Shown here: positions 9,315-16,561 of the stretch, in pieces | Layout of the letters: the number at the start of each line of letters is the position of its first letter | Position numbering within the stretch: position 1 is the stretch's first letter | IMG/VR virus record: IMGVR_UViG_3300020583_000014 | Span: 5,742 to 69,741 of that record | DNA: 64,000 nucleotides | Strand: one strand, 5' to 3' | Source of the DNA: a virus | Position numbers and translations under genes: made by a program | The notes under the pieces: generated by a model | Told to the model about the DNA's origin: nothing | Seen by the model: the letters and a program-made list of their open reading frames with translations, nothing else | Database searches by the model: none

Positions 9315-9853
9315 TTCTTACCTGATACTACTCTGCCAATCTGGTGGGCGCTAATATTATAAAAAGGGGCTATCCTTTTCTGCGTCCAACCCCCCTTATA
9401 AAGGGTTCTTATGTTCAATACATCCTTATCCGTTAGCTTGCTACACCCAACCCTTTCTCCAAATGCCATACGCCCCTTTGAAAGAGCGTCTTGGGTATTA
9501 TCCCTATAAGAACCTGGACTAAGGTGATCTGGGTTTATACAGGGTTGACTATCACAACTATGAAGTAGGATTTTACCCTTAGGGACTGGACCATAAACCT
9601 GCTCATAAGAATATATGTGGGCTAAAACCCTAACCCCCCCAGTAAACTCGTACTGCCCATACCCATCCTCTGAGGTTCGGCTACCCATCCATAACCAGCA
9701 GGTTTCAGTTTTATTAACATAGGTCCAGAACTTATCTGGGGTAGCTGCCCAATACAATCGGCGGCATAATTGGCTACAAAACTTCTTACCCTCCCTAAAT
9801 CTTGAGGCCGGGGCCTCAAATATTCTATTGCATTCTAAGCAGGTACCTATCAC
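9287..9853 (-). CDS. HNH homing endonuclease
   Basis: CWLWMG, GYG, AH..SY, LHSCD...CINPDHL..G...DN..D, C-terminal HTH. Confidence 0.9.
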   Translation of the reverse strand: MIGTCLECNRIFEAPASRFREGKKFCSQLCRRLYWAATPDKFWTYVNKTETCWLWMGSRTSEDGYGQYEFTGGVRVLAHIYSYEQVYGPVPKGKILLHSCDSQPCINPDHLSPGSYRDNTQDALSKGRMAFGERVGCSKLTDKDVLNIRTLYKGGWTQKRIAPFYNISAHQIGRVVSGKNWGHVTGVQ

Positions 9854-10488
9854 ATTTCCTCCGCTGTAGTTAATACGGACCCGGTTTCCATATTTAGCCT
9901 GTACTGGGAATAATCTACTAGAACTGCCCAGTTGGTATCAATCTCGGCTTGCGTAAACTCTACCTCATAGACCTGATAAATGGGGGTGATTGGGTACTTA
10001 TAATCCCCACATATATAAAGGATATAGATGCGTGCGAACCGAGTGCCCAGCCCTTTGCAATAAGCCTTTAGCTGGGTAAGCCACATCCATTGTGTCTTTA
10101 GATCATGCTTGGCACTCTTATAGGTACATTTAACTTCATGCACCACCAACTCAAATCCCCTTGATCCCAGCAGGACTCTATCAACTGATTCACCATCAGG
10201 AGACATATATACCCCCTGCAATAGTATCTCCCCAGGATGGTCAGTCACCCCCTCAAGGGTAGGAATCAAATGTTCTTCCCAGGCCAAACCTATTCGCATT
10301 CTAAGTATCACATTTGGATCAGTAATCTCCCGTGCATCCACAAGGCTAAGGTCTTCTACCCACTTCTTATCCAGGAATCCTACCTCAACCGCCAGAGAGC
10401 GGATGATATTAGATACATGCAGACCCTCTGAGCGGGGGGTCTTAGAGGGAGGTAAAGTGAGCGGGGTGGTGATGTCTAAAATAGTCAT
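9850..10488 (-). CDS. PD-(D/E)XK exonuclease (Cas4/RecB-like)
   Basis: GLHVS, G.AWE, SPDG, HEVKCT, Q..AYC. Confidence 0.75.
   Translation of the reverse strand: MTILDITTPLTLPPSKTPRSEGLHVSNIIRSLAVEVGFLDKKWVEDLSLVDAREITDPNVILRMRIGLAWEEHLIPTLEGVTDHPGEILLQGVYMSPDGESVDRVLLGSRGFELVVHEVKCTYKSAKHDLKTQWMWLTQLKAYCKGLGTRFARIYILYICGDYKYPITPIYQVYEVEFTQAEIDTNWAVLVDYSQYRLNMETGSVLTTAEEM
9860..9882. repeat. degenerate copy of 23-bp palindrome (C-terminus of PD-(D/E)XK nuclease)
   Basis: tccgctgtagttaatacggaccc, read as GSVLTTA. Confidence 0.5.
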
Positions 10489-10492
10489 TTTG

Positions 10493-10515
10493 TGGTATGT
10501 ACTTAATACAGACCC
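10493..10515. repeat. 23-bp dispersed palindrome copy (intergenic)
   Basis: tggtatgtacttaatacagaccc. Confidence 0.9.
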
Positions 10516-10551
10516 TATTTGAAGGGGGGTTTTTAGGCCCCCCTTGTGAGG

Positions 10552-11469
10552 TTAGGGGATTAGTACTACCCTATCCCCCTCTATTTTGTATCCCCATTCG
10601 TTAAGAAGGGTATTAAGGGTATCATCGGACCCAAAATACTGATCCATGAGAGCTTGCCCGCTGGGGTGTGTTTTGATATCTTTGAATACACCCATGCGGA
10701 GAGACGCCTTTGCTAACCCATTTGGATTGGCTTCCAGCATCCCAGCAATCTTACTGGGGATATCAATATCGTCGGATTGTGGTGCTGGGACCGAGGTAGC
10801 CTTGGGTGGTGGGGGTAGCTTCCCTACATCAGCCTTAGTAAGTGTAACCTTCTCCCCTACTGGGGCATTCCCATTAGACTGCCAAGGGGCAGAGATTACC
10901 TCCGCTACCACTGGTATCTTTTTGGGGGCAGAGGGGGCTTGGGCTACCTCTGCAAGAGCATTCTGACTCCTTTTGTATTCTGTGCGGCTCTCAGGCTCAA
11001 GTATGCCCTGCATACGGGCTACTAATCCATCAACGAATCCAAGATCATCCCCACCAAAATCATCGGGGAATGTAACTGTATCATGTAGACTCTTTACCAA
11101 CATCTGAAAGTTAGAGCCCTCATACATTGGGGATGCAGGCCCCCCTGGAACTAGGATAAGTGTCTTACCCTTTGTAGCTGGGTCAGGTTGGTAAGTTAGG
11201 TGGGCATTCTTACCTGCGCTGTAATGTACATATTTCTTCTCCTCCTCTTTGGTAGCCCCGCCTTGTGGCTCCATAATTATCTGACAATCAAGGAATGGAG
11301 CCCCTACTGGAGTCCCATCCTTTTTTGTGTATTGGTGCATCTTCCATTGTGCATCCCTCCAAAGGTATATGCCATCGGGTAGAAATCCACCCTCTGAAAA
11401 GTCCTCTAGACGTAAAAAGCTAACCCTTTGTGGCTGGGCTGCTGGTGCTTTGCGTATTGGCGCTGCCAT
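10552..11469 (-). CDS. putative single-stranded DNA-binding protein
   Basis: Beta-rich N-domain, Pro-rich linker, small C-domain; position in the recombination module; function inferred. Confidence 0.45.
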   Translation of the reverse strand: MAAPIRKAPAAQPQRVSFLRLEDFSEGGFLPDGIYLWRDAQWKMHQYTKKDGTPVGAPFLDCQIIMEPQGGATKEEEKKYVHYSAGKNAHLTYQPDPATKGKTLILVPGGPASPMYEGSNFQMLVKSLHDTVTFPDDFGGDDLGFVDGLVARMQGILEPESRTEYKRSQNALAEVAQAPSAPKKIPVVAEVISAPWQSNGNAPVGEKVTLTKADVGKLPPPPKATSVPAPQSDDIDIPSKIAGMLEANPNGLAKASLRMGVFKDIKTHPSGQALMDQYFGSDDTLNTLLNEWGYKIEGDRVVLIP

Positions 11470-11638
11470 CTACTTCTCCTTTTTCATTTTCTTCTTCTGC
11501 GTGTGCTAACATGTGCTGCAAAAGTACGATTTGATCGGCTGGACTTATCCGTATCGTACTCACCCTTATCTGATCGGTATCCGATGGCCGGATGGCTACT
11601 AACTGCATGGTGCCATCCCGGTTAAAGTTTACCGTCAA
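11420..11638 (-). CDS. hypothetical protein
   Basis: 72-aa ORF with upstream GGAGGT; start uncertain. Confidence 0.45.
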   Translation of the reverse strand: MTVNFNRDGTMQLVAIRPSDTDQIRVSTIRISPADQIVLLQHMLAHAEEENEKGEVDGSANTQSTSSPATKG

Positions 11639-11921
11639 AAGTCTACGTTCACTTTCGCTTATTACCGTAACTTACCTCCTGTTGCTTTGGTTAGATCCGC
11701 CACATTATAAGAGGTTGTATGGACTATAGGGGTAGCATAGGTTACAGCCATTCCCAAGTTTCCCCCATCAACATTAGCTTGATTAGCCCAGTTGAGGGGA
11801 GAATCTATTATATCTTCCGATATAAAATTGGATACCGCCGCCTGCCCTAATGGACTTCTAGTTAATACCCCCGCTGGTCTTAGTATTGGATTACGCCGTT
11901 CCTGTTGATTACCAGAAACGG

Positions 11922-12125
11922 CTAAGCGAAAGGGCGTACTAAGACTTGGGCTTTGCTCATATCAATCCCAGTTGGGGCGTCTCCTCCTATTACCGCTGCA
12001 ATCGCGGCTGATTGTTCGTTGGTGGCTATAACAGCCTTCGGACCGAAGACAAGCTTCTCGGTTGCACCTTCTTCGGCCTCCTTCTTTGTCGGGCGTTCAA
12101 TGATCGCTACTTCAAATAGTGGCAA
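11922..12125 (-). CDS. small protein ending VLVRPFA; candidate -1 frameshift extension to 11662
   Basis: AAGGAG SD and TTG start; C CCT TTC slippery heptamer just before the stop. Confidence 0.75.
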   Translation of the reverse strand: MPLFEVAIIERPTKKEAEEGATEKLVFGPKAVIATNEQSAAIAAVIGGDAPTGIDMSKAQVLVRPFA

Positions 12126-12126
12126 G

Positions 12127-12297
12127 TTACTTCTCCTTTTCTATAAACTCAATTTTAGGTTTTATTGAGGGCCGTCTTTGGTTTAGGTAATGTACAGCAA
12201 ACCTAACTATCTCAGATTTGGTAACTCCCTTATAGTAGTCAACCAACTGATCCATAAGCCCAGGTTCCAACTGGATAGATGTCTTCTCATACTTCAT
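12127..12297 (-). CDS. ribbon-helix-helix DNA-binding protein (not in ORF track)
   Basis: MKYEKTSIQLEPGLMDQLVDYYKGVTKSEIVRFAVHYL..., a beta-alpha-alpha CopG/Arc pattern; ATGA overlap with helicase stop. Confidence 0.65.
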   Translation of the reverse strand: MKYEKTSIQLEPGLMDQLVDYYKGVTKSEIVRFAVHYLNQRRPSIKPKIEFIEKEK

Positions 12298-13847
12298 AAT
12301 TTTGGTGGGGGAGGGGGAGCCACTTGTAACTTTCTGAAAAATTGGTGAAATGTACGTGGCGCAAAATGCCCATACTTACCCCGCGCCCACTCGATATTGT
12401 CATCAATGATGAACGACTCTCCTCGATCCGATTTAGACCGCATGATCCGGCCTATTGTCTGTACCAAGGTCTGCATCATCTTATAAGGACCATACTCCGG
12501 GTCCGCTGCCTGCCGTGCCTGTACAATCTTGGAGCGGCCATCCTGGAAAGGTACCTTGAGAAGTATCTGGTATTCTGCCTCCTTTCCAGCGAAGTCAAAT
12601 CCAGTATTTATGCTGGGGCTTGCCAGTACAGCCGGGGGGCCTGATGCCTTAAACAGGTCAATAGCATCCGTAACCGATTCCCCCTTTGTATTCACTATCA
12701 TTCTGGGACTGTATTTAGTACACGCCAACATTTCCTCTAGCCGCTTCCAGGAGACTGTATGGATAAGCCCCTTTCTATCCCCCCTACGGCCCATGATCTG
12801 ATCTGCCCGTAGGTATAAAAGGGATAGGTCTGTCTGCTTATGGTCATTCCGCATAGTAGGAATCCAATATGTAGGGCAGCGGGAGGCATCAAAGTCTGAA
12901 GGGTACTCAAAGAAATCAAACCTCTCCTGGGGCACCCCAAGCATGTACATGGTCTTGGGCCGGATTGTGGCGGATACCATTATGATACGGGGGATACGGC
13001 AGAACAGTTTAAGTTCTGCGTACCGGGCAGGGCGGATAGGGTCGAACTGCCAGCCTACATCCCTGATCTCTTCTCCTATCCAGTCCTGGGGGGAAGCTGT
13101 TGAGAGGGTAAGTAGCCGCTGCTGAAGGTTAATAAGATGGGAGTATTCTTTAATCCAGGCTGGCTTAGGGTTAGCACATGCTATCTTGATTGTTGCAGCC
13201 TCCAGAGCAATAGTACAAACTATGTGGGCACTCTTAGCCCAGCGTTTCCAGTTCCAAAACTCATCAGCCTCAGTCCCATCTAAGAAAGGTAACCGTAGAG
13301 CTTCAATCTCCTTATGGTGGAGAAGTATTTGCATGTGATTAGCAAGAGCCTCAGGAGCCTCATGACCCTCATCACATATAAGTTGCTCAAAGTTGGAGAA
13401 AGGGGAGTCATCCTTACGGGTTACGAACCACTTGGAATAATTAGTAACACCAAGAGGGGCTACCCTAAGACGCATTTCTGCGGAACTGTAGGGGCACGAT
13501 ACAGAGCCCCAATAAGGGCATCGCCCCACCCTACCATCCTCACAGGTATAGTCCTCCCGTAGTTCACATTGATAGTTTGAGCGCCCACGGATCTCTACCA
13601 TCCCACAGGATGAAAAATCCTGGAGGTATTGATCCATTAACCCCTTAGTAGAGGTTAGAATAATAGTTCTTTTCTTGGAGGCTAATGCGGTAGCAACTAC
13701 GGCAGGGCTCTTTCCGAATCCGGTCGGAGCACAGAATACTGAGGATCTTTTGGGGGAGTTGAGGAGGGAGTTAATACCTTGTTCTTGATTAGTTCTCCAG
13801 GAGGAGAATTTCTTGGGCAACCCAATACTTTCGGGGGTAATTATCAT
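12294..13847 (-). CDS. DinG/Rad3-family SF2 helicase
   Basis: Q motif, APTGFGKS, Fe-S cysteines, DEGH, SAT, GFDF, QTIGRIMRS. Confidence 0.88.
   Translation of the reverse strand: MIITPESIGLPKKFSSWRTNQEQGINSLLNSPKRSSVFCAPTGFGKSPAVVATALASKKRTIILTSTKGLMDQYLQDFSSCGMVEIRGRSNYQCELREDYTCEDGRVGRCPYWGSVSCPYSSAEMRLRVAPLGVTNYSKWFVTRKDDSPFSNFEQLICDEGHEAPEALANHMQILLHHKEIEALRLPFLDGTEADEFWNWKRWAKSAHIVCTIALEAATIKIACANPKPAWIKEYSHLINLQQRLLTLSTASPQDWIGEEIRDVGWQFDPIRPARYAELKLFCRIPRIIMVSATIRPKTMYMLGVPQERFDFFEYPSDFDASRCPTYWIPTMRNDHKQTDLSLLYLRADQIMGRRGDRKGLIHTVSWKRLEEMLACTKYSPRMIVNTKGESVTDAIDLFKASGPPAVLASPSINTGFDFAGKEAEYQILLKVPFQDGRSKIVQARQAADPEYGPYKMMQTLVQTIGRIMRSKSDRGESFIIDDNIEWARGKYGHFAPRTFHQFFRKLQVAPPPPPKL
12705..12727. 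repeat. 23-bp dispersed palindrome copy (inside helicase)
   Basis: gggactgtatttagtacacgcca, read as LACTKYSP. Confidence 0.85.
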
Positions 13848-13858
13848 GGACAATAACA

Positions 13859-13887
13859 ATCATATAACAATATTGCCGGGATGTCAA
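13859..13887 (-). promoter_or_regulatory. sigma70-type promoter for replication operon
   Basis: TTGACA-17-TATGAT on minus strand. Confidence 0.75.
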
Positions 13888-13890
13888 CTA

Positions 13891-14154
13891 TCACGCGGCA
13901 TTTCTATGCCTATTTTTCTCGGATATTGCGTCAATTAAATCCTCCATTGACATTCCCAAAGCTTCAGCTATTAACCGTAATACGCGGGCACTTCCCTTGG
14001 ATTGGCCGCTAAAAATACGGGATAGATACCCAATATTCACTCCCGTTTTATGTCCTATTTTGGTTAGGCTAATGCGGGCTCCACAGAGTATAGGGCTACT
14101 TGAGGTTGGGTGTTCGGCAATACAATAAAAAGGGCCTTCCTGGACAGTTCTCAT
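13891..14154 (-). CDS. XRE/Cro-C1 HTH regulator
   Basis: SLTKIGHKTGVNIGYLSRIFSG...LRLIAEALGMSMEDL. Confidence 0.8.
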   Translation of the reverse strand: MRTVQEGPFYCIAEHPTSSSPILCGARISLTKIGHKTGVNIGYLSRIFSGQSKGSARVLRLIAEALGMSMEDLIDAISEKNRHRNAA

Positions 14155-14160
14155 ATCTTA

Positions 14161-14203
14161 ATCATACCATGCTATTGACAAATAAGCAATTGGGAGTTAT
14201 AAT
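14161..14203. promoter_or_regulatory. overlapping divergent sigma70 promoters, both apparently leaderless
   Basis: Plus: TTGACA-17-TATAAT, ATG 14210. Minus: TTGCTT-17-TATGAT, ATG 14154. Confidence 0.8.
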
Positions 14204-14209
14204 GTGTTT

Positions 14210-14614
14210 ATGAGATTAAGTGAAGCAATCCGGTTAGGGTCCTTACTGGGACCACAGGCATTTGGAACCCTGGCTGATATGCTTGGGGGCACTTGTGCCC
14301 TGGGTTCGGCTGCAAAAGCTATGGGTATACAAATTACAACGGCTTATGAAGCTGAAGATACCCTAAAAGAACTTTTCCCCATATTTGAGTGTGAACAAGA
14401 ACCCCCAGTACCAATGCCTGTGGTTGACTTGTATACGATAATAATGGAGCTTAATGATGCATATCGCTGGAGCCGGGAGAGAATAGCTGATTGGGTGGAG
14501 TTCATTGAGAAAGCTGAAGAGGCCAAAACAGGGCGTGTATTAAATACAGACCCTATTTCAGAGCCTACCGCCCCCTATACTCCTGATCTGGTTTGTAGCC
14601 TACTCCACCAATAG
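14210..14614 (+). CDS. hypothetical protein
   Basis: MRLSEAIRLG..CALG..LND...WSRERIADWV; ATG 7 nt after the -10 box. Confidence 0.7.
   Translation: MRLSEAIRLGSLLGPQAFGTLADMLGGTCALGSAAKAMGIQITTAYEAEDTLKELFPIFECEQEPPVPMPVVDLYTIIMELNDAYRWSRERIADWVEFIEKAEEAKTGRVLNTDPISEPTAPYTPDLVCSLLHQ
14531..14553. repeat. 23-bp dispersed palindrome copy (in CDS)
   Basis: gggcgtgtattaaatacagaccc, read as GRVLNTDP. Confidence 0.95.
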
Positions 14615-14879
14615 CAGCATGGTTGGTCCTGGAGAAATAAAACCCAACCACAGTACCGAACGCGACTGAGAATATAGTGGGTATCTGGAATTGGGGGTCT
14701 TTAACAGCTAGATATCCAGCTACTCCTAGAGTAGCAAATACCACGAATAGCGCTATTGTAGCTTGGGTCCTTTCCCATATGAGATTTATACGGCGCTGCC
14801 CTTCATGGGTCAAATCCTGCTGTGTTGTAGTTGTGGGGGGTAGAGGGCGGTCTGTTAGGGGTAGGCTCATTGTAATCAA
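14565..14879 (-). CDS. holin-like two-TM protein
   Basis: Two TM segments, GTVVGFYFSR ending; end of lysis cluster. Confidence 0.55.
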   Translation of the reverse strand: MITMSLPLTDRPLPPTTTTQQDLTHEGQRRINLIWERTQATIALFVVFATLGVAGYLAVKDPQFQIPTIFSVAFGTVVGFYFSRTNHAAIGGVGYKPDQEYRGR

Positions 14880-15229
14880 ACCATACCATCCTTATGAATT
14901 GGGTCTGCGGGGGTGATAGGAATAATAGGGGCTACAGGGACTATTTTCTCAGATACAATAGGGGCATTAGCTATAATATCACGGGCCTGCTGTAATACGG
15001 GCTTAGGAACCATGACGGATTCATGCCCGTTCATGGTATTCTGACTTTGTATACGCTGTCCTACTGCATACTGAATAACCCCCAGAAACCATCTCCCAAT
15101 ATCACTTTTAGGCATTGGGAACGTGTTTACTGCATGGCCCAGTAACCCTATAAACGTGGACCCTGATATGAAGTAAATAACATGGGTGGTGAAGTTATCA
15201 AATAGGGTTGTTGGATCGTAATTGGTCAT
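14876..15229 (-). CDS. membrane protein (lysis cluster)
   Basis: N-terminal hydrophobic segment. Confidence 0.5.
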   Translation of the reverse strand: MTNYDPTTLFDNFTTHVIYFISGSTFIGLLGHAVNTFPMPKSDIGRWFLGVIQYAVGQRIQSQNTMNGHESVMVPKPVLQQARDIIANAPIVSEKIVPVAPIIPITPADPIHKDGMV

Positions 15230-15897
15230 TTAATTCCTAGGTTAACTAAAGCTTGGCGATATAAAGGCAGGTGGTGGAAATTTAACGGACCCCAATCTGG
15301 CTGGGGGCCTGCGCTTCCCGGTGGAGCACATACATCTACCAAACCTGCCGGGTGAACATACATCTCCGGGGGGAATGATAGGGGGACGGCTGTTACCTCA
15401 TCCACGCTTTTATCGTCCCCGTTGCGGTAGCTTGCAGCAGGCACCACTGATATCATATCCGCTAATTTACCAAATCCAGGCTTGGGCTCCCCAAAGTTTA
15501 CCCGCCGTATGGGGGCTACTCCATCTAACATCATAAGGGCCGTTAGAATACATGCACGCCCCGCCCCGAGTGAGTGACCCGACACGCGGTAGGGGGGATC
15601 TATGCATCTCTTCATCTCTGCCCATGTTTCGGGAAGTCCCACGTAGAATCCAGGATGTACGGGTCCCATAAGGGAATGCCCGAATGGGTTAGCAAAGGCA
15701 TAGAAATCCCTAAGCCAATCTAGGAAATTAGACGACCCCCTGAGGTATATATCCATTACCCCATCGGGGGCTCGTAGGGCTCCCCATGCTATACCATGAT
15801 CCCCCTGTCCCAAATCCCCCTGCTCCCACCACCCAGGCTCTCCCTTCCAGGAATAGAGCTTTATAAGGTTATCACAGATATAGAGATCAGAAATCAT
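15226..15897 (-). CDS. class-3 lipase (alpha/beta hydrolase)
   Basis: LRGS...DW..D, VHPGF, GHSLG nucleophile elbow, FGEP, D.V..VP, HH...Y. Confidence 0.85.
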   Translation of the reverse strand: MISDLYICDNLIKLYSWKGEPGWWEQGDLGQGDHGIAWGALRAPDGVMDIYLRGSSNFLDWLRDFYAFANPFGHSLMGPVHPGFYVGLPETWAEMKRCIDPPYRVSGHSLGAGRACILTALMMLDGVAPIRRVNFGEPKPGFGKLADMISVVPAASYRNGDDKSVDEVTAVPLSFPPEMYVHPAGLVDVCAPPGSAGPQPDWGPLNFHHLPLYRQALVNLGIK

Positions 15898-16163
15898 GGG
15901 GTCTTCACCTGAGCTTGTGCTGCTTTAATACCTGCTGCATACCCAGCGGCTACTGCGGAACTGAGTTGCTGTAATTGGGCTACGGTGGTAACCCCAGAGG
16001 CCGGGATAGATCCCAGTACCCCCTCTAGAGCCGTGACCATAGGGCCAAGCGGGGGATCTAGCAAATCTATGATAGGCTCTGCTGCCTTTAGGCCCACATC
16101 GAGCCATTGGGCTACATGTCCCAAATCCTTACCAACTGCACCCAGCACAGACCTAAGTGACAT
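15894..16163 (-). CDS. hypothetical amphipathic protein
   Basis: 89-aa ORF coupled to its neighbours. Confidence 0.5.
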   Translation of the reverse strand: MSLRSVLGAVGKDLGHVAQWLDVGLKAAEPIIDLLDPPLGPMVTALEGVLGSIPASGVTTVAQLQQLSSAVAAGYAAGIKAAQAQVKTP

Positions 16164-16530
16164 TTTCTACCTCAGCGGGTACTTCTAGGGCTACTGCCAC
16201 AGGTATCCCCGGTTCAAAGCCGCCCCATTCACATACGTGTTGTAGGTAAATATCTGGTTCATTATCACCATCCCCTCTGGGAGCCTGCCTTTCTTCTATC
16301 ATCTGTTGGATAGTAAGACCCTCAGCGGACCATATCTCTAATTGCCGGTCAGCATCCTCCCACCCATGCTCTATTGTATCAATAACCCCTATACCATTGG
16401 GGTCATGGGGGTGGTGGGAATGAGGACTATGGCGAAGGTCCAAGGGATTGTTGTAAAGGGTAGGAACTTTGCCTGGAATACCGTAACCCTCTTGTTTTGC
16501 CATCACTTGCGCTAGTTTATACTTGGTCAT
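16153..16530 (-). CDS. putative endolysin (lysozyme-like fold)
   Basis: EG....NNPLDL, T.E.G, T.....AP..D.N....Y pattern of phage lysozyme-like proteins; lysis context. Confidence 0.55.
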   Translation of the reverse strand: MTKYKLAQVMAKQEGYGIPGKVPTLYNNPLDLRHSPHSHHPHDPNGIGVIDTIEHGWEDADRQLEIWSAEGLTIQQMIEERQAPRGDGDNEPDIYLQHVCEWGGFEPGIPVAVALEVPAEVENVT

Positions 16531-16535
16531 ATTTT

Positions 16536-16558
16536 GGGTGTGTACTAAATACAGACCC
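16536..16558. repeat. 23-bp dispersed palindrome copy (intergenic)
   Basis: gggtgtgtactaaatacagaccc. Confidence 0.95.
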
Positions 16559-16561
16559 TAT

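Noticed and set aside
9850-10488. Cas4 as evidence of a CRISPR-Cas system
   Set aside because: It is a stand-alone phage PD-(D/E)XK nuclease in a recombination module; no other cas genes or array are present.
11640-11680. ACG non-canonical start 5 nt after GGAGGT for ORF 11420..11638
   Set aside because: It is in frame and well spaced, but a single instance with a TTG alternative cannot be supported from sequence alone.
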